Source: Malacoraja senta
Taxonomy: Eukaryota
Assembly (NCBI GenBank): GCA_038087875.1
Contig: CM075990.1
Location: forward strand, 4,094,001 to 4,158,000
DNA length: 64,000 nucleotides
Reading direction: 5' to 3'
Shown here: in pieces, positions 46,778 through 59,954 of the stretch
Layout: every line of letters starts with the position of its first letter
How positions within the stretch are numbered: the first letter of the stretch is position 1
Made by a program: the position numbers and the translations under genes
Notes under the pieces: generated by a model
The model's database searches: none
The model's input: the letters and a program-made list of their open reading frames with translations, nothing else
Told to the model about the DNA's origin: nothing

Positions 46778-47582
46778 TTTATTGTGGTGGTTATGGTTCT
46801 CTCGACCCCACACCAACTTGTGGTGGTCTCATTGTTGTGGCAGCACAACCATCCTCATGGGAAGGAACTCTAGTGCTTTTATCCACTCTGGTCTGTGACT
46901 CCAGTATCCCAACTCTTAACTCTCCTTGAGCTTTGGTTACATCAAACCACTTGCTGCAGCTCGAGGTGGCCCACCATCAACTTCATATCAATTGTGGGGC
47001 GTCTAATCCCCAAAACTAGGCTGCAAATGGAGCTTCTCTCACCTCGAGACAAATGTAACCACTCAAATGGGAGCCCAGTCAACAAAAGGCTGCTTTCCCG
47101 CCCTTATAGATTGTCAAATTCCTTCTGTTGCTTTGACTCAACAGGCAGCACAATTGAAGGGTGACAAGATGGCACCAGAAATGTGGCAACTCTTGTGTAC
47201 TGCCCGCTACAATGGCACAGCGGTAGAGTTGCTGCCTCGCAGCGCCAGAGACCCGGATTCGACCCTGACTACTGGTGCTGTATGTGTGAAGTTTGTACGT
47301 TCTCCCTGTGACCACATGGGTTTTCTCCAGGTGCTCCGGTTTCCAACCACATTCCAAAGCCATGCAGGATTGTAGGTTCTGTGAATTGCCCCTAGTGGGG
47401 GAGATAGAACTAGTGCGAACGGTGATTGATGGTCAGTGTGGACTTGGTGGGCTGAAGGGCCTGATTCCACGCTGTATCTCGGAACTGAACGAAACTATAT
47501 GCAAAAAACAAATGTCACTGTGTCTAGGTGCATGTGACAATAAAGTACGATGAGCAGCTTAGTATCTCTCTGAGTTAAGTAC

Positions 47583-47762
47583 CAGCTTGGTCTTTCTCTG
47601 TTGCTCCAGAACATCGATGCCAGCAAACAGAGGGACTGCACCAGGCGGCCTCTTCTTGGTGCCCAACACTGGCTCCGTTTGACTCTTCCCATCTGATGCA
47701 ACAGAATTGTTCTCCACAGCTTTTTTAATCACAGTCGATCCACGAGGAGCTACGGCCGGCTT
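47583..47762 (-). CDS. WASHC2: WASHC2 exon: KPAVAPRGST...KKRPPGAVPLFAGIDVLEQQRKTKL
   Basis: CAG acceptor, GTACTT donor, 180 nt open. Confidence 0.82.
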
Positions 47763-48769
47763 CTGTCAAAACAAAAGAGATGAGGAGGAATTTCTTTAGT
47801 CAGAGGGTGGTGAATCTGTCGAATTCATTGCCACAGACGGCTGTGGAGGCCAAGTCAATGGATATTATTAAGGCGGAGATTGACAGATTCTTGATTGGTA
47901 CGGTGTGTGGGGTTAAGGGGAGAAGGCAGGAGAATGAAAAGATAGATCAGCCATGATTGAATGGCAGAGTGGACGATGGGTCAAGTGGTCTAATTCTGCT
48001 ACTAGAATTTATGAACCTTATGAGTGCCTGGAAGAGGCAGATACAACAGTGCCATTCAAGAGGCTTTTAGATAGGCATATGGATGTGCAGGGAATGGAGG
48101 GGTAGATAGGGAAACATAGATCAGCCATGATTGAATGGCAGAGTAGACTTGGTGGGCTGAATGGTCTTACTCTGCTCCTGGTTCCTATGAAAGCATGGCA
48201 ATAGCAGTGTGAGGTGACTGAGGATGTGCTATAAACGGCACAAAAGGAAGTGCCGAAGAACAGCCAGTCCTCCGAAATCACACTTTGTCTGTCGTATTTT
48301 TGTTCCCCATTCTCAAAGGAGCAAATTCATAAAACTGTTGATCCGTGCACCGTCACACCTGCACGCTCATCGTTCACCATGACAACCCACATTAGCTTCC
48401 AGCTCAACAATGGCTCCATTTTATAACTCCCCCTCCTGTGATGAAATGTACTCCCCTGCACCCCAAAAGCCCTCTATTTTCTGTAACCTTGCGCAGATTC
48501 CTAAATCCATCATTGACCGGTTTTGCTCACGGACACCTCTTCTCTCTCTGGAATTCTCTCCTCAAACTCTCCATCTCTTTCCTCCTCAAACCCCAACCCA
48601 GACCAAATGTTTGGTCGCCAGCTTTAATTTATGTACAACTGTCAACATTGGTTTGATGAAATTCCTATGAAGCGCTCACAATATTTTTTACTATGTTTCA
48701 GCAGTACGCAAGTGAAGAAACACAACAGCAATTGCTATCAATGGCATCACAAAGCATATATCTTGTTAC

Positions 48770-48866
48770 CTGGACAGCAGGCTTGCCAGCTGCTGGCTTA
48801 GATGCAAAAAGATCATCTTCTTCATTTTCTCTAAACAAAAGGGAAACTTTCTGGGATTTCTTTTGG
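48770..48866 (-). CDS. WASHC2: WASHC2 exon: (S)QKKSQKVSLLFRENEEDDLFASKPAAGKPAVQ
   Basis: ttttctAG acceptor, GTAACA donor, 97 nt; resembles the recalled human SQKKTQRVSLLFEDD. Confidence 0.92.
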
Positions 48867-49845
48867 CTAGAAAAGGAAAAGAAATTTGCAAATGAAACCC
48901 AGGGAGGTGGTCAGAAATCTCAGTTTCATAACAAACGGAATAGTTTAAATGTATTCAAAATATTACTCAAAATGAACACAAAATATGAGGAAGAACACCA
49001 CATATTCCGTTTGGGTCGCTTACAACACAACGGTATAAATATTGACTCGCACCCATTTCCCCCCTCCCCCTACATTCCTTCCTCTAGCTTCACAATTCAC
49101 AACTCTTCAATCCTTTTATCTCACACTTTCTGTCTTTTCATCTCTGGCTCTTGTCCACCATCTGTCTAACAACCCCACCACCCCCACCCCCTCATCTATG
49201 TCAGACTATTACCAGTGTCGGAAGGAACTGCAGATGCTGGTTTAAACCGAAGATACACAAAATGTTGGAGTAACTCAGCGGGACAGGCAGCATCTCTGGT
49301 GAGAAGGAAAGGGTGACGTTTATCATCGTTACTTTTTTACATATCTTTTTGCTCTGGCATTTTATTTCATTCACATGTTTAAACTATAATGTTTTATTCT
49401 TAATGTTTTAATGCTTTATGTTTTATTCTTAATTGTTTACTGTATGTTGTGTTGTTACTTACGAGTGGAGCACCAAGGCAAATTCCTTGTATGTGTACAT
49501 ACTTGGCCAATAAACTTATTAATTCATTCATTGTTCTATTTCTCTCTACATCATCATCTATATCTCTCGTTTCCCTTTCAATACAATACAATACAATACC
49601 GTTTATTGTCATTTGAACCTCAAATGAAGTTCAAACGAAATTTGGTTTCAGCAGTCATACAACAAGAAAAGAACCAAGGCACACACCAACACAATTTACA
49701 CAAACATCCATCACAGTGAATCTCCTCCTCACTGTGATGGAAGGCAAAGTCTTGTCTCTCCCCTGCTCTCCATTCTTCTCCAGATGTCAAAGCCCCCGGC
49801 GGGCGATGGTAAGTCCCGCGGCCATTAAGGCCGTGGCCTTTCAGT

Positions 49846-49873
49846 CTGAAGAAGGGTCTTGACCCGAAACGTC
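49846..49873 (+). ncRNA. Minimal type-I hammerhead ribozyme motif (Penelope pLTR type); activity unproven
   Basis: CUGAAGA-A-GGGUC/UU/GACCC-GAAAC-GUC: catalytic core, stem II, palindromic ACGU stem III and GUC cleavage triplet; stem I only about 2 bp here. Confidence 0.6.
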
Positions 49874-51081
49874 ACCCATTCCTTCTCTCCAGAGATGCTG
49901 CCTGTCCCGCTGAGTTACTCCAGCTATCTTCAGCCTGCCAAGTTTTGAGCTGCTGTTCCTTTCTTCCAGGTTTCTACCCGTCACGACAATCAGCCTGATG
50001 AAGAGTCCCGTCAAGAAACGTCACATCCATGTTCTCTGGAGATGCTGCCTGACCTAGTTACTCCTAGTTTTTTGTTTCTGCTTTTATAAACCAGAATCTG
50101 CTGTTCTTTGTATTAAAAATCTCATCCTGCACAACTTTTCTCCATGTCTATCTTGTGTGTTTACCTGGGTGGACCAGTTATCTCAGGGACACAGATGGAT
50201 CTGGAGAAGGTTGGGGAAAGGCATTGCATATTGCCCTTTGTGTGGGCAACAACGAAGCTCTGGATCCTGGTGCTGGTTCTATTGCTTCCACTTCCTATAT
50301 TGACCAATTTATTTTCATCTCCTAGTCTTCACAGCACCATGCAACCTCCTACCCCATCACTCCAACCTCCTTCCCCACACGACGACACCACCCCTTCCCC
50401 AAGCTGGACAGAGAGCGCGTTCTTCCAACCGACCCCGCCACCAAATCGCCAAAGCAACCAGATGGTGCTGTGCCCACTAAATCTCCTGCCCCCTCTCCAG
50501 CCAGACATAGCACTGCCCATGCAGTTCCTCAACAGATGGCCTTAGTGCGAGAGGGATATTTCAGCAGGACATCTCTTAGCAGGACATTTCTCTCATTGCA
50601 AATAACCTCTGCACCCTCTCTCTCTCTCCCCCCCCCTCCACCCTAATGGTCCTACTAGTTCCACTTTTCATATCCCTTCATTATCACCTCTTCCCCAGCC
50701 AACAATGGGCCATTATGGGCTCCACCCTGGCTTGGCGATCTGTTTCCACTTTACTCTGACCTTTTCTTACCTCCAGTTCCCACCCCTCTACTTACTGTCT
50801 GAAGAAGTGTCCCCAACCAAAACATCACCTATCCTTTTTCTCCAGAGATGCTGCCTGACCCGCTGAGTTACTCCAACACTTAGTATCTATTTTCAGCAGG
50901 TGAGGTTATCACTGTTGAATTAAATATCCAGGGTCCATGAATTCTCCTCCGACCCTAGAATAAGGCGACACAGTGGTGCAGCTGGAAGAGAAAGTGGGAT
51001 AACATAGAACTAGTGTGAAGGGGGTGATCGATGTTCGGAGTGGACTCGGAGCGTTGAAGGGTCTGGTTTCATGCTGTGTCC

Positions 51082-51465
51082 TAGACAATATACAATAGAC
51101 AATAGGTGCAGGAGTAGACCATTTGGCCCTTCGAGCCAGCATCGCCATTCACTGTGATCATGGCTAATCATCTACATTCAGTACCCCGTTCCTACCTTGT
51201 CACCATATCCCCATGACTCCGCTATCTCTAAGAGCTCTATCTAACTCTCTCTTGAAAGCATCCAGAGAATTAGCCTCCACTGCCCTCTGAGGCAGAGAAT
51301 TCCACAGATTCACAACTCTTTGGATGAAAAAGTTTTTCATCTTCTCCATTCTAAATGGCCTACCTCTTATTCTTAAACTGTGGCCCCTGGTTCTGGACAC
51401 CCCTAACATCAGGAACATGTTTCCTGCCTCTAGTGTGTCCAAACCCTTGATAATCTTATATGTTT
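51082..51465 (-). mobile_element. CR1 3' end
   Basis: SRTRGHSLRIRGRPF...VVNLWNSLP and (CTATTGT)n tail. Confidence 0.9.
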
Positions 51466-51557
51466 ACAATCAATCAAGAGGCTACATTTCCACGACTGAG
51501 TCGGGTCACTCTCACGATGACCTGCCACCTTCTGCTAAGTACATTCCCGGGACCTAC

Positions 51558-51739
51558 CTTTCCTTTCCAGTCACGCCAAACAAGTCGTTCCCAGGGTCAT
51601 TGTCTAACAGGCTGGCCTTCTTCACTGCCTGCGAGGCTGCTGCAGCCCTTGGTGCCAAGTCCTTTCCTGTCGAGGCCCGTGTCTCCTCGACCTCCTCCAC
51701 ACGCTCCACTGCAGGCCGTCTCGGGCTTTGCCAGTCACC
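51558..51739 (-). CDS. WASHC2: WASHC2 exon: GDWQSPRRPAVERVEE...SLLDNDPGNDLFGVTGKE(S)
   Basis: CAG acceptor, AG|GTAGGT donor, 182 nt ending phase 2, compatible with the next exon. Confidence 0.88.
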
Positions 51740-51840
51740 CTGCAGTGAGAACAACATGAGCCACCCGTCCCTGAAGTATCAATGAGGTAGATGTTGGTGT
51801 GCTGGTAACAGGTTGAGTGAAACAAGGGTGGCCCGTTAAT

Positions 51841-52140
51841 GGCAGCATGGTGGCGCAGCGGTAGAGTTGCTGCCTCGCAGCGCCAGAGACACGGGTTCCA
51901 TCCTGACTACGGGTGCTGTTTGTACGGAGTTTGTACGTTCTCCCCGTGACCGTGTGGGTTTTCTCCAGGTGCTCTGATTTCCTCCCACATCCCAAAGACG
52001 TGCAGGTTTGTAGGTTATCAGGCTTTGGTTAAAAAAAAGGTAAATTATCCCTAGTGTGTAGGACAGTGCTAGTATATGGGGTGATCGTTGGTCGGCGTGG
52101 ACTCAGTGGGTCGACAGGCCTGTTTCCACACTGTATCTCT
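51841..52140 (+). mobile_element. Full-length HE1-like V-SINE (about 20 more whole or partial copies, e.g. near 12875, 14620, 21350, 24890, 27440, 30255, 38625, 39535, 47210, 55545, 56360, 57292, 58130, 59285, 63525)
   Basis: A box TGGCGCAGCGG, B-box-like GGTTCCATCC, V-domain and CR1-like tail. Confidence 0.9.
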
Positions 52141-52392
52141 CATGCCTAAAGATTAAAAATATTGCAGGATTATTCCTGGATGCTGAGGAACTGATATATG
52201 TGGCAAGGGAGAAAATAACATGGAATTTCAGCAACTTTAACTCAAATTGCAAGTCCACTGGAGAGAGTACAGAGGAGATTTACTGAGTCCAGGGATATTG
52301 TGCAGTGACTAAAGGGATAACATTCAAAATCATGAGAGCTTAACAGAATGGAACGGATTCCAGAAGATAGTGACCAGACCTCAAAGATTGAA

Positions 52393-52549
52393 AACGACAC
52401 AGTGCTGGAGTAACTCAGTGGGTCAGGCAGCATTTCTGGGGAATATGGACAGGCGAGGTTTTGGGTCGGAGATGCCGTCTGACCCGCTGAGTTACTCCAG
52501 CACTTTGTATCCTTTTGTGTAAACCAGCATCTGCAGTTCCTTGTTATCA
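52393..52549 (+). mobile_element. Penelope-derived fold-back element (internally deleted)
   Basis: 13 bp TSD CTCAAAGATTGAA at 52380-52392 and 52550-52562. Confidence 0.85.
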
Positions 52550-52898
52550 CTCAAAGATTGAAGAGAGTTCTCAGAAAACCAGAGTTTGAATTAGGAATGT
52601 GCTGGTTAAGTTGGGAAATATTCAATAACAACTTTCGAAAGGAAAGTGAATATTTTCTGGAAGGGATAAATGAGGGAGGGCAAAAGAAGTAGGTGCAAGA
52701 AAAAGTGAGGGAAAGAAATCAAGGGAAAGTGAGAAAGGGGTGACAGAAAGCAAAAATGGGAATAAATGAGAGAGGATGTAAAAACGGAGGGAAACGTACA
52801 AAGGGTAGTTTGACGAGTTCCAGAAGTAAAGCTTGGTGGATCCATAGTGGCGAACAAAGTGAATTTGAACACGAGTTCAAGAACAATAAAAATCAACT

Positions 52899-53117
52899 AA
52901 GATAGGCACAAAGTGCTGGACTAACTCAGCGAGTCAGGCAGCATCTCTGGGGGAATAGGTGACGTTTCAGGTCAGGACCCTTGTTCAGTCTGAAGAAGGG
53001 TCCTGACCTGAAACGTCACCTATCCTTTTCCTCTAGAGATGCTGCCTGACTCACTGAGTTACTCCAGCACTTTGTGTCCATCTTTGGTATAAACCAGCAT
53101 CTGCAGTTCTTTGTTTC
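52899..53117 (+). mobile_element. Penelope-derived fold-back element with back-to-back hammerhead-like cores
   Basis: GACGTTTCAGGTCAGGACCCTTGTTCAG-T-CTGAAGAAGGGTCCTGACCTGAAACGTC at the symmetry axis. Confidence 0.87.
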
Positions 53118-53187
53118 GACCAAATGTCGGCAATCCAGTTGGACGCAGGTTTATGGCAGGAGTGTGCAAATCTTCCAATCTCCTTAC

Positions 53188-53310
53188 CTCAGCACTTGCA
53201 AATAATCCAGTGGGTTTCAAACTGCTGGGAGTCGCCTTGGGTTCACTCTGCTGCCGAGATTTCTTCGATGTGGCACTCTCCTTTGAAGAAATGGCACCGA
53301 AGAGGTCACC
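53188..53310 (-). CDS. WASHC2: WASHC2 exon: GDLFGAISSKESATSKKSRQQSEPKATPSSLKPTGLFASAE
   Basis: CAG acceptor, GTAAGG donor, 123 nt. Confidence 0.9.
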
Positions 53311-54061
53311 CTGGGAAAACCCAACACAAGCTGAAGGTAGGACCAGTCCTGCTGGAGGAAGCTCTTCCACCCATCTATCTGCCTCAACATTCACCATGCA
53401 TTCCCGCACAATGGAAACGACAAATGTCCACTTTGCCAGAACGAACCAACGCAGTAAAATCCTGCCCAGCGGGAAGCCTGTGCAATCTGCAAAGATTCTG
53501 TACCAGCAACTATGTTATTGCCAGAAGGCATGTCTGCAACTCATTAATACAGGAGGTATGCAGCTATTTAATTAAACCATACCAGTATCTTTCTGCACGT
53601 GAATCATATTTGCTTTCTAGATTCATTGTAATCGACAAAAGCACTAGAAAGACGCAGATCCGCAAAATAAATCTCGTAAAATACTATGATCTGAATTGGA
53701 ACACTTGGTGCGGTGGAACAATTGCCACAGCAATGGTATACAATGGTTGAGAGCTTCAAATTCCTTGATGTTATTAACAACGATCTCTCAAGGACCAACC
53801 CAAGCCAAGGCACCATACCAATGCCTCTACTTCCTGAGGAGACTTAGAAAATCCGTCATATCTGCATTGGCTTACAAACTTTGACAGATGCGCCATGGAA
53901 ACTAGACTGTCAGGTAGTGTCACATATTGGTTTGGGAACAAGTAATTGCAGAGAGTTACTCACAGGCTAGGCTCCCCACCATTGATTCCATCTACACCTC
54001 ACGCTGCGTTGGAAAACCAGCCAACATAACCAACTTGTCCCACCATGGTCACCTTCTCCCT

Positions 54062-54236
54062 TCGCCCTGCGACTGCGGGGTGAAGCCTGTATGGTCGTGA
54101 GTAGTCGCCCAAAGAGTCGTACCTATTTCTGGTCGCCGCTGGATTTTCAACATGCTTAAATTTTTCTGCAACCTGCTGCGACTATGACGGGTGCCAACAA
54201 GACGCCGAAAAAAATCGCGTAAATGGGACAGGCCCT
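54062..54236. mobile_element. Fragment of a related Harbinger-like MITE
   Basis: Ends GGGACAGGCCC-TTTA; shares the internal TTTTCAACATG motif; CpG-rich. Confidence 0.6.
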
Positions 54237-55198
54237 TTAGAGTGAACTGAACGAGTGAAATATCTGCAATCAGCAGCAAAGTAGGACTGAATGTGAAAGA
54301 TATTTGCAAAAATGCAGTGCTGGGGGAACTCAGCAAGCCAAGCAGCATCTTTGAAGGGAAATGGACAGATTTTGGTTCAAGGCCCTTCTTCTGTTCTCTG
54401 TCCGTTTCCTTCCACAGGTTCTGCTTGGCTTGCTGAGTTCTTCCAGTTCTTAGTTTTTTTGCTCAGGATTCCAGCATCTGTCGCTATGTGTCTCACTGGA
54501 GATATTAGGATGGATGAAGTCTTTCATTAATCTCTGAACGGTAAGGCATGGATGTGCAGTGAGCGAATTACAACGTTAAATGACTCGAGACAACATTTAC
54601 TGCTTTTGTTGAGGAATGAGATTGAGAGTATTAAACTTTTTTTTGGAAAGACTTTCTTGTAGAACTGGAGGTTTAAACATTAAGCAAGATGGATGGAGAT
54701 GATGAGCTGTTTAATTTGGAAGTTTCCTGCCAAAAGAAAGGGACTACTTTCTATTACAAACAGGCCGCTTCTGTGCAGTACATCCGGTTAAGTAAGAAAG
54801 TCAGTACATGGGAACTGAGTGATTCAGTAGCATGCTTTCTTTGAAAGAAACCATTGACCTCTGCTCTACTAAAATGCTGGAAAAATTCCAAATGTGGAAA
54901 AGGAACAAAAACAAGGAAAAGGGCATCAGAGAAATACAAGGAACAGGTGAATTTTCGGGTCTGAGATAAGCCACATTTCTTTCCCAATGAGGGTGATTGC
55001 AAAGCCAGATCAAATTTGTAGCCAACTTGAGCTCAAACTTTGAACTTCAAAGGCAGAGCCTGAACCCTTAACTCCCCTTCCAGCATCTCTGAACATTATT
55101 CAATTAAGAATGCAACACTAGTCTTGCAGGATTGCACAATCAGAAGAATGCTCACTGGTAGTGAAAGCATTTTTTTGCAAAATGGAACATATATTTAC

Positions 55199-55306
55199 CT
55201 CATCGTCGTCAAAGAAGGAGACTGGAATTTGATGGGATTTGGTCCTACTTATGGTTGACTGCTTTGAGTCACTTCTTTTTGTGTCTTTGCTTGTAAAGAA
55301 TAAATC
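55199..55306 (-). CDS. WASHC2: WASHC2 exon: DLFFTSKDTKRSDSKQSTISRTKSHQIPVSFFDDDE
   Basis: CAG acceptor, GTAAAT donor, 108 nt. Confidence 0.88.
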
Positions 55307-57879
55307 CTGTTATGGAAAGAGTGTGAATCAGATAAATTAAGGTTTGACGGGTACAGTCAGATATAGAACTGTTTTACTATTTTCCAAATTCAATCATACC
55401 TTGATCTAAGCAATGAATGCAAAACAAAAGTGGTAGCAGAGGCAACTACTATCCAAGATTGGATTCTTATTGTTTCAAGGTAGGCGATACCGGTTGTAAT
55501 TCGAACTTATTTCAACGGTTAGCAAGTGGGGAATTTAGACACACATTTAGACACTGTGGAAACAGGGCTGTCGGCCCAGCGCAGCCGGCGCTGACCATTG
55601 ATCACCCCGTACACTAGCAATATCCTACACACTAGGGACATTTTGCATTTCACAGAAGCAAATTTACGACTTTGGTGTGTGGGAGGAAGCCTTTACTTTT
55701 ACTTTCGAGATACAGCGTGGAAACAGGCCCTTTGGCCCACTAAGTCTGTGCCGACCAGCGATTACACAGTAACACTAGCACTATCCTACACAACTAGAGA
55801 CATTTTATACTTTAACAAAGCCAATTAACCCTCAAACCTGTACGTCTTTGGAGTGAGGGAGGACAGCAGAGCACCCGGAGAAAACCCACGTGGCCACGGG
55901 GAGAATGGACAAATACTGTACAGACAGCAACTCCTTACTGGGAGTAGCCACTGTGCCACAAAGAAAAAAATAATTGGCAAGGATTTCAAGTCTGGCTGCA
56001 CTAGAATGATGTTAAATCATTTTAGTGCAGACACCAACATGATGTCTGCAGATGCCAGGTCGGAATCTGCCTTGGGTAAGTCTTTTTAAATTAGACCAGA
56101 AAAAACCCCATTCCAAAATGCCTGATTAGCACACTCACTTCAAGGGAAAACTGCAGCCAAGAGTCACAAAACAAGATTGAGTATTATAGACAGAGCACCC
56201 TTGCCCGTTTTCACTTTTACTGGTTTTAGTTGAATATTTAAGAGCAACATAGTATTTAACACAAAAACAAATAAAAGATTCTCTCCTGAAACGATGTCTT
56301 ACAATAATTGCGGATTTGCTGCTCCAAGATTCAGAATTTCATAGTTTTTGTTTTTTATTTAGCTTTAGTGATACAGCGCGGAAACAGGCCCATCGGCCCA
56401 CCGAGTCCGCGCCGACCTGCGACCACCCCGTACACAAGCAGTATCCTAACCATTAGGAACAATTTTCAATTTTTAACCAAATCAATTAGCCTACAAACCA
56501 GTACGTCTTTGGAGTGTGGGAGGAAACCTGAGCACCCAGAGAAAAGGTACAAACTCCGTATGGAGAGCACCTGTAGTCAAGATCCGACTCGGTCTCTGAT
56601 TGTAGGGAATTTTACAGGAACCTTTTCTAAAGCACTCAATTCACAGAAAGCAAAAGAATGAAATTTTCTGCAAACAGAGTGTGGTCCACCACGGGTACTG
56701 ATCCCACCATCAAAGAGATCCATAGAAGGCACTTCCTCACAAAGGGAGACAATACCATCAAAGGCTCACATCACCCTGGCCACACTTATTTCACACCTGG
56801 CCTTGGGTAGAAGGTTTAGGAATCTGAGAACCATGACGACCATGTTCAAGAATAGCTTCTTCCCAACAATCATCAGGCTCTTGAACACTACACAACACTT
56901 AGGGATAAGGGCTAGATTCCTTAGGTTTAGAGGGATATGGGCTAAATGCAGGCAGGTGGGACTAGTGCAGATGGGGCATCTCGGTCGACATGGGCAAGTT
57001 GGGCGGAAGGACTTTCCATGTTGTACAGCTATGACTAGCCCCAACTATGAAAAGTTCATGTCATAGAAGCCAGAATTAGGCCCTTCGCCCCATCGAGTCT
57101 ACTCCGCCATTCAATCATTGCTGATCCATCTTTCCCTCTCGACGCCATACTTTTGCCTTCTCCCCACATCCTTACTGATAAAGAACCTGTCAATCTCCGC
57201 TTTAAAAATACCCAATGACATGGCCATAAATTTTAATGATTCCTCACCCTCTTCCTAAAGAAATTCCTCCCCATCTCCTTTTTAAAGGTATGTGGCACAG
57301 CGGTAGAGTTGCTGCATACCAGCAAAATGCAGCGCCAGAGACCCGGGTTCGATCCCGACTACGGGTGCTGTCTGTATGGAGTTTGTAAGTTCTTCCCGTG
57401 ATCTGCGTGGGTTTTATCCGAGATCTTTGGTTTCCTCCCACAATCCAAAGACGGACAGGTTTGTAGGTTAATTGGCTTGATAAAAATGTAAAATTGTCCA
57501 AGTTGGCAATATGCAGAGTACTGCCCTGCCGACTACAAAATTCAGAAGGTTCAGAAGGTTCTTTTATTGAGGCTGTGCCCTCTGGTCCTAGACTCTCCCA
57601 CTAGTAGAAACTTGCTCTCCACACCCACTCTGTCTTTCATGGACTGTTTGGTTGCACTAAGGACTATAGGGGTTTTCACACTGGCATTGTGGTTATTAAT
57701 GTATTGAATTTATTTTGTTATATATTAACTGTGTGTATTGCATTTACATTTGACTCTCTTGAAATAGAAGCACTAAAGTAGACACAAGAAGCTCATTCGT
57801 GAAAGCTCCATCTCACCACTTGCAACAGACACGTGGATCTATATATTATTCAAGAACATGAGTGACTTGCTGGACTTAC

Positions 57880-57978
57880 CTTGGATTCATCTTCATCGGA
57901 GAAGAGACCAGAGCTGGTTTGGGACTTTTCAGCAAGCAGCCCTGAGGATTCGAGCACTTCTGGGAGTGGTTCTGTATC
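57880..57978 (-). CDS. WASHC2: WASHC2 exon: DTEPLPEVLESSGLLAEKSQTSSGLFSDEDESK
   Basis: GTAAGT donor, weaker AAG acceptor, 99 nt, GLFSDED motif. Confidence 0.82.
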
Positions 57979-58543
57979 CTTAGAAATTAATTACAGCAAA
58001 TTAATTCCCCCAATTTCACCATCTCTTCCCTTAGCTCGTACCACACAGTGAGCTCAAGAAATGTCTGATTCATTGACAAACTCTCCATCCCAGTTTGGTG
58101 GGGGTGGGAGGGGGTTTCTCAGTACAGACTGGGCAGCACAATGGCACAGCGGTGGAGTTGCTGTCTCACAGCGCCAGAGACCTCAGGTGCTGTCTGTGTG
58201 GAGTTTGCATGCTCTCCCCGTGGGTTTTCTCCGGTTCCGGTTTCCTCCCACATCCCAAAGACGTACAGGCTTGCCGGTTAATTGGCACTCTGTATATTTC
58301 CCCAGAGTGTGCAGGGAGTGAGTGAGAAAGTGGGATGACACTCAACTAGTGCGAACGGGTGGTTGATGGTTTGCCTGGACTCGGTGGGCCGAAGGGTCCG
58401 TTTCCAGGCTGTATCTATAAATTAGACAAAACTCCAACCTTTCACGCTGTACATGGACACCATTTCTTGCTGATGTAGGAAGCAACATGGAGGCATTTTG
58501 CTCCTTTAAGATCGGTTTAAACAATTAAACACCAGCTACCAAA

Positions 58544-58772
58544 AAGACACAAAGTGCTGGAGTAACTCAGCAGGTCAGGCAGCATCGCTGCAGAACATGG
58601 AAAGGTGATGTGTCGTGTCAAGTCAGGCCATGGTCGAATCTTCCTGTCTGAAGAAGGGTCCCGACCCGAAACGTCTTCCGTCTATGCTCTCCAGAAATGC
58701 GGTCTGACCCACTGAGTTATCCAGCACTTTGTCTCCTTTTGTATAAACCAGCATCCGCAGTTCTTTGTTTCT
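58544..58772 (+). mobile_element. Penelope-derived fold-back element
   Basis: Inverted arms; CTGAAGAAGGGTCCCGACCCGAAACGTC at ~58648. Confidence 0.83.
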
Positions 58773-59647
58773 AGTCTAAGTACAAATGAAACAAGAGAAA
58801 AAAATCCTGATTCTGGACATTTAAATAAATATAGAAAAAGATAGAAATATCCAGTAGTGGAAAGAAAAACTGTGTTTTCAAGTGTTTGAGGAAGGTGATC
58901 TTAATAAGGTGCACAAGATCATGAGAAACAAATAGGGTAAATGCAGAGTCTTTTACTCAGAGTAGGGGAGTCAATAACCAGAGGACATAGGTTTAAGGTG
59001 AGAGGGAAAAAGTTTAATAGGTACCCGAGGTGCAATTTTTTTCAAACAGAGAGTGGTGGTACAATGAACGAGCTGCCAGAGGAGGCAGTTGACACGGATA
59101 CTATCCCTTTAAAAGGCATTTGAACATGTATGGTCCAAACGCGGCAGGTGGGACGAGTGTAGATGGGGCATCTTGAGCAGCATGGGAAAGTTGGGTCGAA
59201 GGGTCTGTTTCCATGCTGTACGCCACTATGACTATATGAGAGGGACCCCAAGGATGCGGGATCTAGTCAGGAAAGAGTCACAGGGGCAGCATGGTGGTAA
59301 GGTTAATAGAGCTGCTGCCCCACAGCTTCGGTGGCCGAGATTCCATCATGACTTTCAAGTGCTGTCTGTGGCGTTTATATCTTCTCCCCAAGACAGCATG
59401 GCTTTCTGTTGTGTATTGCCACTTTTTCCCCACTTTCCAAAATCCCGGCAGGTTTATTGACCACTGTAAATTGCCCCCAGTGTGTTACCCTATAGCAAAA
59501 TCCAGGGAGGAATTGATAAAATGTGGCAAGAATAAAATAGGTTAGGGTCGGATATGTGTAAAAAGGGGCTGGCAGATAAATATAGAACTGCAATACTGCA
59601 GTCAACCAGCAGTTACACTGTACACACACATTCTGCAAGTCACTTAC

Positions 59648-59760
59648 CTGCTGCTGCCTTGACTTCTCTTTGAGTGCTTTAGGTGTGACACTGGTCTCAA
59701 AGAGTCCACTGTCCTCGCTATCATCAAAGAGAATTGTAGCTGGCTTGGGTTCACCAGCAG
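59648..59760 (-). CDS. WASHC2: WASHC2 exon: xAGEPKPATILFDDSEDSGLFETSVTPKALKEKSRQQQ
   Basis: ttgccAG acceptor, GTAAGT donor, LFa motif; phase 1 to 0. Confidence 0.88.
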
Positions 59761-59954
59761 CTGGCAAACACAAGAAAAACAGACCGATCAAAGGCTTCAC
59801 AAAAACATATAGTCAATAAGCATGTTTGCAGTACATGGTTAAATTCAATTGCATTGATCAAATGCACTAAACATTTCAAAGCCCTTTTACCCAATTAAGC
59901 CAAACGTTTCAAACTTAACTATTACCTGATGTGGGGAAGTGGATCCTTACACTT

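Noticed and set aside
51841..51915. tRNA-like A/B box sequences (many copies)
   Set aside because: Heads of tRNA-derived SINEs, not tRNA genes.
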